This document shows positions 17,542-25,644 of a DNA stretch of 64,000 nt, piece by piece; positions within the stretch are counted from its first letter, which is position 1, and each line of letters begins with the position of its first letter. The position numbers and the translations under genes were made by a program. The notes beneath the pieces are model-generated. The model did no database searches. It saw nothing but the letters and a program-made list of their open reading frames with translations, and was not told the origin of the DNA. Source of the stretch: a virus; IMG/VR virus record IMGVR_UViG_3300009159_000033, one strand, 5' to 3'.

Positions 17542-17940
17542 ATGACTGTATTGCTTGGAATGAGTGGCGGAGTTGTTTTCTTTGGTCCTCGGACTAATCC
17601 AAAAGCGGTTCGTTGGTGGGCTGAACGAGGACAACTCCACTGGGAAGATTCTCGAGACAACAACTATGGAGTGGTGTCTATTCGAGAATTTCTTCTGCGG
17701 TTGCAAGGCATTAACGATATGATGTCTAATGGACGCAGTAAGGATAATGAAGGTTTTATGCACCAAGATGAGTTGGAACGGCATATGCGTTTCATCGAAC
17801 AAGCATTAGACTTAGTACATAAAGCAAGGGAGCAAGGTGCTCCTGATGATCCTACGGCGCAGAGACACAAGGCAATGAGTTTGCCTGTTACTGTAGTCAT
17901 GCCGTCTTGTTTAACTAGTGGCAAAAGTGTTGCGTTCTAG
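17542..17940 (+). CDS. Hypothetical protein in the RNAP-proximal cluster
   Basis: 132-aa ORF in a co-directional, tightly packed cluster. Confidence 0.6.
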   Translation: MTVLLGMSGGVVFFGPRTNPKAVRWWAERGQLHWEDSRDNNYGVVSIREFLLRLQGINDMMSNGRSKDNEGFMHQDELERHMRFIEQALDLVHKAREQGAPDDPTAQRHKAMSLPVTVVMPSCLTSGKSVAF

Positions 17941-17951
17941 GAGATTATTTA

Positions 17952-18332
17952 ATGCAAGTACATGAAGCATTTAAACTTGGGTTTTTATCTAGGTGTGTCG
18001 AAGAGGGAATGAATCCCGAGCAGACACATGGTTTGTCTAAAATGGCTGCAAGCTTATTTAGCCCAATGGGTGAAGTGCGTAACGCTGTTGGAACTCTTGG
18101 GGACATGGCCCCGTATTTAGCGGCAGGATTGGCAATTCCGCCTGCCCTTGGCGGTCTTGCTGCCTACTTTGCTAACCAAGCTACAGACACAGAAAGCAGT
18201 CAAGGCGTAGATAATATTAAGCGGCAGGAATTGCAAGAAACTTATGAAAGAATGGCTGGGCAGCTGCAAAGGCAGAAAGAACGACAAGATTATAAAGCAA
18301 AGCGTAAGAGTACTGGGCGTATTTTCCTGTAA
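17952..18332 (+). CDS. K-x-A motif protein with a hydrophobic helix
   Basis: AFKLGF and LSKMAAS; YLAAGLAIPPALGGLAAYF. Confidence 0.6.
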   Translation: MQVHEAFKLGFLSRCVEEGMNPEQTHGLSKMAASLFSPMGEVRNAVGTLGDMAPYLAAGLAIPPALGGLAAYFANQATDTESSQGVDNIKRQELQETYERMAGQLQRQKERQDYKAKRKSTGRIFL

Positions 18333-18347
18333 CCGGAAGAGGCTAAG

Positions 18348-18722
18348 ATGGCTAATAGTTTAGTGAAGTTTACCAACCGAAAAGAAGGTAACGAGCGAGG
18401 CCAATTGTTTTGGGATCGTGCGGATGTAGATGGTCTGCCTTTCCGAGGACATCAAGCACCCCTATACCGCAACGAAGAGTATGAAGACAGACTAGTACGA
18501 GTAGCTGACCCAAAAAACGCTACTTTCTACACTGGGGATAACGAACAGAACTTGGCCTATTTAAAAGTCATGGATGGTGTGGCAAATTCTTGGTATCAGT
18601 TGGTGTTTATCGAAAGATGGCGAGAAGAGAAAGATAAGCATCATTACATCTACGCAGAGTGGCTCGAATATTTCTTAGAAGATGGTAATCCCTGCTTGAT
18701 GCCTTCTTCCTCTACCCCATAA
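18348..18722 (+). CDS. Hypothetical protein in the RNAP-proximal cluster
   Basis: 124-aa ORF, RBS GAGG. Confidence 0.6.
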   Translation: MANSLVKFTNRKEGNERGQLFWDRADVDGLPFRGHQAPLYRNEEYEDRLVRVADPKNATFYTGDNEQNLAYLKVMDGVANSWYQLVFIERWREEKDKHHYIYAEWLEYFLEDGNPCLMPSSSTP

Positions 18723-18726
18723 GGAT

Positions 18727-19509
18727 ATGGACATGAATAAGACAAGCGCAAAAAAGTTATTGAAACAAATTAAAGTTGAAAAATCTGCAGCAACACCAAT
18801 TGGTGCGCTCGGTGATGATCTTAGAACGCAAGTTAATCAACAAATGCAATCTGATGCAATTAAAACTATTCTTAAGGCAGTAGCATTTGCAGCAGGAACT
18901 GGAGCTGCAGTTAGAGGAGTTACCGGACTTTTTGAAGGGCCAAGAAACCCTAAAAAAGGCCCGCGCGTAATTGATATGCCGGTAGCATATCCAAAAGAAA
19001 AGAATGCAATAGATTCAAATTCTAGAGCGACTTCTCCTTATGGTTTAGACTACTTTTTACCTAGCCTTGTGGTAGGTGCTCCACTCGCTGCTTATGGTGG
19101 CTGGAAAGGTGTAGATCTTTTGCTAAACAAAGTAAAGGAACGAGAAAGCAAAGCAAAGCTTGAATCTTCAAAAAAGAAATACGAGGAAGCTTTACTTGGA
19201 GCATACAAGCAAGGAACTGATGATTGCTTAGACCAGGCATTTTCTGGATATAGTCAAAAAGCGGCATTAGATCCTATTGGTGCCATTTCTGACAAATTTA
19301 ATTCTACTTTTCCAAATGCTTCTGGGCTTGGTAAAGGACTAGCTTTAACTTGGTTGTTGTCTAGTGTTCCTGCTGGTTACTACTTGGTCAACAAAGCTAT
19401 GAAAAAGAATAGTAGGCGCGCCATATTGGAAGAGGCTGTCGAAGAAAGAGCACGTCGGCAAGCATTGACACAACCTCCTGAAATTTACGCTACTCCGCAT
19501 GCCGTATAA
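18727..19509 (+). CDS. K-x-A motif protein with three hydrophobic/amphipathic helices
   Basis: VEKSAAT and SQKAALD; FAAGTGAAVRG, LVVGAPLAAYGG and LALTWLLSSVPAGYYL. Confidence 0.6.
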   Translation: MDMNKTSAKKLLKQIKVEKSAATPIGALGDDLRTQVNQQMQSDAIKTILKAVAFAAGTGAAVRGVTGLFEGPRNPKKGPRVIDMPVAYPKEKNAIDSNSRATSPYGLDYFLPSLVVGAPLAAYGGWKGVDLLLNKVKERESKAKLESSKKKYEEALLGAYKQGTDDCLDQAFSGYSQKAALDPIGAISDKFNSTFPNASGLGKGLALTWLLSSVPAGYYLVNKAMKKNSRRAILEEAVEERARRQALTQPPEIYATPHAV

Positions 19510-19529
19510 TCTTATTTAGAGTTTTATGA

Positions 19530-22500
19530 ATGCTTCCACTTTCATCTAATTTGTTTGATTCTTCTAATCTCTCGTTGCTAGGGAATACACCTCCTTTAGC
19601 ACAGCCGATGCAGCCATTGCCACCCGCAACTCCATTGCCTAGCTTTCATGAATTTCATGACACTAAGAAGGTCAGATCTATTATCTACGATAGAGTGCTG
19701 CAAGCAGCTCAGCAGCTACAGCCTATGGCTAATGATCGGCATACGCTTAGTTTAACTGGAGTAAATTACCGTGATGGTGATACCGCTAGCAAACAGGAGC
19801 AGAAAGCTGCCATTCTTAATGGTAGATCCCAAGGACGTAGGCTAGAAGGTACTTGGGAGTTAATGGATAACGCAACACAACAAGTAATCGCTTCTAAGAA
19901 ATCAGTTCTTGCCACTGTGCCTCACTTGACGGATCGTGGCACCTTTATCAACAACGGCACTGAGTACATTCTAAGAAATCAACAGCGGTTATTGCCCGGA
20001 GTTTACACCCGCACACGGAACAATGGTGAAATTGAATCCCATGTTAATGTGATGCCTGGGAAAGGTGTATCACAGCGTTATTTCTTAGATCCCGAGAAAG
20101 GCAAATTTAAGCTTAAGGTTGGGCAAGCTTCAGTTGGATTAACTCCTTTGTTAAAAGCTATGGGAGTTACCTCGGAGCAGGCGCAGGAAGCTTGGGGTAA
20201 AGATCTATTCGCTTCTAATTACAATTCGGATGATGCATCCGAATACACACGGCTTAAAGGCATGTTTCTTTCTTCTAAAGAACTAGCTGAGCCAGAAGAA
20301 AAACAAAAACAAGCATTGCTTGCTAAGTTTTCTAAGATGGAAATGGATCCCGAGGTAAATCGTCGCACGCTGGGAAACCCACATTCAGGTGTCACACTAG
20401 ACACATTGATGGACATTACTAAAAAGCTGATAAAGGTTAATAGGAAAGAAGCGGATCCGGATGACAGAGATGCACTTCACTTTCAGCAATTTGTAGGTCC
20501 AGAAGATTTGTTTTCAGAGCGTATTGCCCGAGATAAAGGCGGGGTACGACGTAACCTACTTTGGAAGATGTCGGGCAAAGGTGATTTAAACTCAATGCCA
20601 TCTTCTGCTTTAGACAAACAGGTGAAAAGTGCTTTGCTTGGCAGCGGGCTGGGACAAGCTATTGAAGAAATTAATCCTACAGACATTTATGAAAAGACAA
20701 TGTCTGTTACTCGAGTAGGTGAGGGTGGTATTGGTTCTATGGATGCAATTCCCATGGAATCCAGAAATGTACAGTCAAGTATGCTGGGTTATGTCGATCC
20801 TGTGCGTACTCCCGAGTCGGGTCGTGTTGGGGTGGACACTTATCTGGCTAGGGGATCTCGTAAGGGAAGTGATGGTAAGCTCTATGCTCAGTTTAAGGAT
20901 ATGCGTAACGGGGAAATGACTTTTAAAACTCCTCAAGATGTAGCAGACCTAACTGTCGGTTTTCCCGGAAGCCAAGAAGGCGAAGATGGCCGTGTAGTGG
21001 CGATGCGTGGCGGTAAGATGTTACATGTACCTAAATCAAGCATTGATTTAGAGCTTCCTGACATGGAAGAAGCATTTAATCCTCTTTCCAATGTTATCCC
21101 TATGAAGAGTCAGGTAAAGGGTCAGCGATTAGTTATGGCATCTCGTATGACTACACAAGCATTACCTTTAGCTTCTCCCGAAGCTCCTTTAGTACAGTCA
21201 GCGGTTCCCCGCACAGGTGGCAAACAAAGTTATGAAGAGCTATACTCGGCTGGGATGGGAGCTTTAAGAGCTTCCCAAGGGGGCACAGTTACCTCCGTGA
21301 CAGATGAAGAGATTAAAGTGCGGAATGAAGATGGAACCGAGGAAACGCACGAACTTTATCACAACTTTCCTTTTAATCGTAAAACCTTTTTTCATCAAAC
21401 CGCTGCAGTTCAACCTGGCGACACATTTAAGCCAAACCAGTTGTTAGCAAGTTCTAACTTTACAAACAAGACAGGAACAATGGCTTTAGGTACAAATGCA
21501 CGTACCGCTTATATCCCATGGCAGGGTAAGAACTTTGAAGATGCAATTGTCATCTCAGAAAGTTTTGCAAAGAAGACAGCCTCTTCTCATATGTATCAGC
21601 ATGAGCTGGAAGTGGATGACAAAACACAAGTTGGTAAAAGACAATTTATTCAAGCATTTCCAGCTACATTCAAGAAAGACATATTAGCGAACATAGATGA
21701 TCAAGGAGTGATCAAACCAGGCACAGTAGTTAATTTTGGAGATCCTTTGGTACTAGGGATTACACAAAAGGAAAATGCATACAACAAGGTACATAAGAAG
21801 GGTCAAGCCGGGTTCAACGATGCAGCCGTACTTTGGCAGCATCACGATACTGGTGTTGTTACTGATGTGGTGATGGGTAAGAAGGGTCCGGTCGTTGTAG
21901 TTAAAGCAGAATCTCCAACGCAAGTTGGTGATAAGTTATCTGGTCGTTATGGGGACAAAGGTGTTATTGCGGACATTATTCCAGATAGCGAAATGCCACA
22001 CGATTCAAATAAGTTACCTTTTGAAGTGCTGCTTAACCCTCTTGGTATTATTAGTCGAACTAACCCTGCTCAAATGTCTGAATTGTTTCTAGGTAAAATA
22101 GCGGCTAAGCGTGGTATGCCGATTAAAGTAGATGATTTTGATACTAAAAAAGATATGACTCAATGGGTCATGCAAGAACTGGCTAAAGAAGGTTTGTCGG
22201 ACTTAGAAGACATTATAGACCCATCTAAAGAACAAAAAATTAAAAATATAGCAACTGGTAGTCGTTTCTTTATGAAGCTACATCATACTTCTGAGTCTAA
22301 AGGACAAGGTAGGAGCGGTGGTGCTTACACGATGGAAGATGCCCCAGCCAAAGGTGGCATTGAAGGTTCTAAGCGTATTGGGCTAATGGATGCTAATGCC
22401 TTGCTATCTCACGGAGCCACGGACACACTGCAAGATATCTTCACAGTTAGAAGGCAGAAGAATGATCAGTATTGGATGCAGTACATGTCGGGGTATAACC

Positions 22501-23996
22501 CTAAAGTTACTAAGGTTCCTTTTGCTTATCAGAAGTTTGTAGCCCAGTTACAATCTGCTGGTGTTAATGTAGTCAAGCAGGGAACGCAGACTCAGATTAT
22601 GGCATTAACGGACAAGGATATCGATAACTTAGCTGGGGATCGTGAGCTTAGCAGTGCCGATGGAGTGGAGTGGGGCAACCAGCTTAAAGAGATTAATGGT
22701 GGCTTGTTTGACAAGGCTAAGACCGGCGGGCATGGTGGCACTCGATGGTCGTTTATGCGTTTGCACGAACCTTTACCTAACCCAGTAATGGAAGAACCTA
22801 TCCGTCATATGCTTGGGCTAACACAGAAAAAGTTTGAAGGTATTGTGGCTGGCACAGAATTTTTAGAGAAATATGGAACCGGTACGAAAGCGTTACAAAA
22901 AGCATTAGCAGATCTTAATCCTGCTGCAGAAATTCCTAAAGCTCGGGCTATTATTGCGGCGGGTAGAGGGGCTCAGCGGGATGAGGCAATTCGTAAACTT
23001 GGTTATTTTAAATCGGCACAGAAACTTAATTTGCAGCCTGCAGACTACATGCTGACCAAAGTTCCAGTTCTTCCCCCAATGTTTCGTCCAGTTAGCTTGA
23101 TGAGCAACGGCATGCCATTGGTTAACGATGCTAATCACCTTTACAAAGAACTGTTTGAGGCTAATCAGAATTTTAGCAAAATGCAGCAAGAAGTAGGGGA
23201 AGAGGCTTCGGGATCGGAGCGTCTTTCCACCTATCAAGCATTTAAAGCGGTGACTGGTCTAGGAGATCCGATTAGTGCAAAAAGCCAAGAGAAGAATGTT
23301 CGTGGGGCTTTAAAAAATGTGTTTGGTGCAAGTCCTAAGTTTGGGATTGTGCAACGTAAACTGATTTCTTCTACAGTAGACAATGTGGGCCGAGCGGTAA
23401 TTACTCCAAATCCGGAATTGGACATGGACTCGGTAGGGCTACCCGAAGACAAGGCATTTAAGGTCTATGAGAAATTTGTTACTAGAAGATTGGTGCGACA
23501 AGGCATGTCTATGCTACAGGCTCGTACTCAATTAGAAGATAAGACTCCAGTAGCACGCAAGTTCTTGCTTGAAGAGATGGAGCATCGTCCTGTATATATT
23601 AGTCGTGCTCCTGTTTTGCATAAGTTTGGGATTATGGCAATGAGACCAAGATTGACTAAAGGAAATACCTTACAAGTGAGCCCTTTAATTGTAAAAGGGT
23701 TTGGTGCTGACTTTGATGGCGACACCATGAACTATCATGTGCCAAGTACGGAAAAAGCTAGGCAAGAGGCTTTTGATCGTTTGTTACCTAGTCGTAATCT
23801 TTTTAGCATAGGGGATATGAAATCTGTTATGCATGCCCCTGCTAATGAATACATTGGGGGTTTGTTTATGGGTACAGATCCTTCTCGTAAATCTGATCGA
23901 CCAGTACGGATTTTTCAGAACATACAAGATGTAAGGCGAGCACATGCGCGCGGAGATATTTCAATCAACGATCCGGTACGAATTTTAAATGGGTAG
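19530..23996 (+). CDS. rpoB-rpoC: Phage multisubunit RNA polymerase: beta subunit fused to the N-terminal half of beta'
   Basis: beta motifs TDRGTFINNGTEY, DPVRTPES, PWQGKNFEDAIVISE, GDKLSGRYGDKG, LNPLGIISR and MKLHH; junction near 22575; beta' motifs VPVLPPMFRP, GRAVITP, RAPVLH and catalytic GADFDGD at 23703-23723. Confidence 0.95.
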   Translation: MLPLSSNLFDSSNLSLLGNTPPLAQPMQPLPPATPLPSFHEFHDTKKVRSIIYDRVLQAAQQLQPMANDRHTLSLTGVNYRDGDTASKQEQKAAILNGRSQGRRLEGTWELMDNATQQVIASKKSVLATVPHLTDRGTFINNGTEYILRNQQRLLPGVYTRTRNNGEIESHVNVMPGKGVSQRYFLDPEKGKFKLKVGQASVGLTPLLKAMGVTSEQAQEAWGKDLFASNYNSDDASEYTRLKGMFLSSKELAEPEEKQKQALLAKFSKMEMDPEVNRRTLGNPHSGVTLDTLMDITKKLIKVNRKEADPDDRDALHFQQFVGPEDLFSERIARDKGGVRRNLLWKMSGKGDLNSMPSSALDKQVKSALLGSGLGQAIEEINPTDIYEKTMSVTRVGEGGIGSMDAIPMESRNVQSSMLGYVDPVRTPESGRVGVDTYLARGSRKGSDGKLYAQFKDMRNGEMTFKTPQDVADLTVGFPGSQEGEDGRVVAMRGGKMLHVPKSSIDLELPDMEEAFNPLSNVIPMKSQVKGQRLVMASRMTTQALPLASPEAPLVQSAVPRTGGKQSYEELYSAGMGALRASQGGTVTSVTDEEIKVRNEDGTEETHELYHNFPFNRKTFFHQTAAVQPGDTFKPNQLLASSNFTNKTGTMALGTNARTAYIPWQGKNFEDAIVISESFAKKTASSHMYQHELEVDDKTQVGKRQFIQAFPATFKKDILANIDDQGVIKPGTVVNFGDPLVLGITQKENAYNKVHKKGQAGFNDAAVLWQHHDTGVVTDVVMGKKGPVVVVKAESPTQVGDKLSGRYGDKGVIADIIPDSEMPHDSNKLPFEVLLNPLGIISRTNPAQMSELFLGKIAAKRGMPIKVDDFDTKKDMTQWVMQELAKEGLSDLEDIIDPSKEQKIKNIATGSRFFMKLHHTSESKGQGRSGGAYTMEDAPAKGGIEGSKRIGLMDANALLSHGATDTLQDIFTVRRQKNDQYWMQYMSGYNPKVTKVPFAYQKFVAQLQSAGVNVVKQGTQTQIMALTDKDIDNLAGDRELSSADGVEWGNQLKEINGGLFDKAKTGGHGGTRWSFMRLHEPLPNPVMEEPIRHMLGLTQKKFEGIVAGTEFLEKYGTGTKALQKALADLNPAAEIPKARAIIAAGRGAQRDEAIRKLGYFKSAQKLNLQPADYMLTKVPVLPPMFRPVSLMSNGMPLVNDANHLYKELFEANQNFSKMQQEVGEEASGSERLSTYQAFKAVTGLGDPISAKSQEKNVRGALKNVFGASPKFGIVQRKLISSTVDNVGRAVITPNPELDMDSVGLPEDKAFKVYEKFVTRRLVRQGMSMLQARTQLEDKTPVARKFLLEEMEHRPVYISRAPVLHKFGIMAMRPRLTKGNTLQVSPLIVKGFGADFDGDTMNYHVPSTEKARQEAFDRLLPSRNLFSIGDMKSVMHAPANEYIGGLFMGTDPSRKSDRPVRIFQNIQDVRRAHARGDISINDPVRILNG

Positions 23997-24062
23997 GCAA
24001 TATATCTCTATCCTAGATTTTGATTAGAACTTAGAATCATAAGATGAGATCACACAAGGAGT

Positions 24063-24791
24063 ATGTTTATGGCAGTTAATTTGGAATTGTTAAAGATGGC
24101 CCGACAACATGTAGGAAAACGCCATCTATCTAAATATGCATTTGTTGCAGCAGGTGACCCAGCTATGGGTGCTCCTATGCCTTCTGGCGGTGCTCCTCCT
24201 ATGGATCCTTCCATGGGTGGCGGTGCTCCACCTCCTGACCCTTCAATGGGTGGTGCTCCTCCTATGGATCCTTCTATGGGCGGTGGTGCTCCTCCTATGG
24301 ATCCTTCTATGGGTGGTGGTGCTCCACCTCCTCCCCCTATGGACCCAATGGCAGCAATTATGCCAATGGTTCAACAGGCAGTACAACAAGCAATGTCGGC
24401 TAATGGTGGTGGGCAACCGCAAGGTGCGGGCCCTGGGCTTAAACCTAAAATTGACATAAATGTTGAAATTGTACAAATTAAAAAGATGCTTGCTAAAATT
24501 ATTGATGCTCTTGGTATCCATGTGCCTGTGTCTGATATGGTGGTAACACCCGAAGATTTAAACCAGATTGCACAAGGTGGACCAGGCTTGGCAGCAGCTA
24601 CTCCCGATGGTAAGTCGGGTGGCGGTCTTGGGCAGATTGCCCCTATTTCTCCGATCAAGGCTGCTGAAGCGTGGGAAAGTGGCACAGCTTTTAGTTTATC
24701 AGCTGACTACTATCCTCAGCAGCCTTCTAATAAAAATGGCAGTGTAGCTGCAATGGCTACTGCTCTTTTAATGCGTAATAATAACAAGTAA
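24063..24791 (+). CDS. Pro/Met/Gly-repeat protein lying between the two RNAP genes
   Basis: LSKYAF near the N-terminus and PIKAAEAW later; GGAPPMDPSM repeats. The start may be ATG 24069. Confidence 0.65.
   Translation: MFMAVNLELLKMARQHVGKRHLSKYAFVAAGDPAMGAPMPSGGAPPMDPSMGGGAPPPDPSMGGAPPMDPSMGGGAPPMDPSMGGGAPPPPPMDPMAAIMPMVQQAVQQAMSANGGGQPQGAGPGLKPKIDINVEIVQIKKMLAKIIDALGIHVPVSDMVVTPEDLNQIAQGGPGLAAATPDGKSGGGLGQIAPISPIKAAEAWESGTAFSLSADYYPQQPSNKNGSVAAMATALLMRNNNK
24186..24350 (+). repeat. In-frame ~30-33-nt tandem repeat (GGAPP(M/P)DPSMG x4-5)
   Basis: Repeated ggtgctcctcctatggatccttc.atgggt units. Confidence 0.9.
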
Positions 24792-24804
24792 AGGGGTTCA
24801 GCGT

Positions 24805-25029
24805 ATGTTCATCGTGGAGGTTATTGAAAGTATTGGTAAGCCTCCACTTAGGATACCTGCTTCGCAGGTTGTAGTTCGAATGCAAGATGGTACTCCAGTA
24901 AGTGTAGCTGCACTTTTTGGAAGTGCTACTAGTGTGATGGTATCTCATTGTGAAGATGCTAATTTCAATGATAATTTGCGTAAACTAGGTATCAACGAAA
25001 CCGTTATTTCTACTAAAGTACAGGTGTAA
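24805..25029 (+). CDS. Small hypothetical protein
   Basis: 74-aa ORF in a co-directional cluster. Confidence 0.55.
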   Translation: MFIVEVIESIGKPPLRIPASQVVVRMQDGTPVSVAALFGSATSVMVSHCEDANFNDNLRKLGINETVISTKVQV

Positions 25030-25030
25030 T

Positions 25031-25603
25031 ATGGACTCTTCTTTACGATCTTCTGACTACTACTACCGAGACCGAAAACCAGAGGTTATTCCCGAGATTG
25101 TTCCTACTCCTACTTATCAACAATCCTCTAGTATAAACTCTTCTAACAATAAGTATTATGCCGAGATGGGACCACTTGTTGCAGAAGATGTCCCTCTTAT
25201 TGCTAAGCTTCAGATGCCTCCGAAAGAAGTAGAATTGGAGATACTTGATGGTTGCTATGGCCTAGCTACCATACAAGCTGCATTTGAAGACGGAGCCACC
25301 CGCATCATAGTTAAAGCCTATGACTATGTAGTGACTCAACTGCAAGTTGCTGTAGACATGTCAGTGGGTCGTGGAGAATTAACACGAGAGCAAACAGACT
25401 CTATAGTTTTTGTTGTCTTAGCCCCAGAAGCTATTCTTAGCCCAGAAGAAGTAGCTCTACCTATTGTAGATATGCCAGAGGCGACTGCTGTTTTAAACGA
25501 GGCTCCTAAGCCATCTCGTAAAAAAGCAAAGCGTGGCAAGAGTGAGGAAATTACTCTTAAAGATATCGAAGCTGCCTTTGGTGGTGACGATAGTGACGAC
25601 TAA
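25031..25603 (+). CDS. Hypothetical protein
   Basis: 190-aa ORF. Confidence 0.6.
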   Translation: MDSSLRSSDYYYRDRKPEVIPEIVPTPTYQQSSSINSSNNKYYAEMGPLVAEDVPLIAKLQMPPKEVELEILDGCYGLATIQAAFEDGATRIIVKAYDYVVTQLQVAVDMSVGRGELTREQTDSIVFVVLAPEAILSPEEVALPIVDMPEATAVLNEAPKPSRKKAKRGKSEEITLKDIEAAFGGDDSDD

Positions 25604-25616
25604 AATCCAGATTTTA
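25601..25616. promoter_or_regulatory. 16-bp palindromic element, copy 5 (begins at the stop codon; perfect arms)
   Basis: TAAAATC-CA-GATTTTA, upstream of the beta'-C gene. Confidence 0.65.
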
Positions 25617-25644
25617 AATAATTTGCACACTCTGAGAACTATCC

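Noticed and set aside
24005-24023. Additional palindrome copies at ~24007, ~1036, ~10850 and ~29421
   Set aside because: Only one arm matches or there are more than three mismatches; not counted.
24186-24350. CRISPR-like repeat array
   Set aside because: Units are contiguous, in frame, vary at synonymous positions and have no unique spacers; no cas genes.
23997-25644. Intron or intein interrupting beta'
   Set aside because: The gap holds three ordinary ORFs with no homing endonuclease or splice-junction motif, and beta'-C has its own ATG. No intein motifs were seen in the RNAP or nrdJ.
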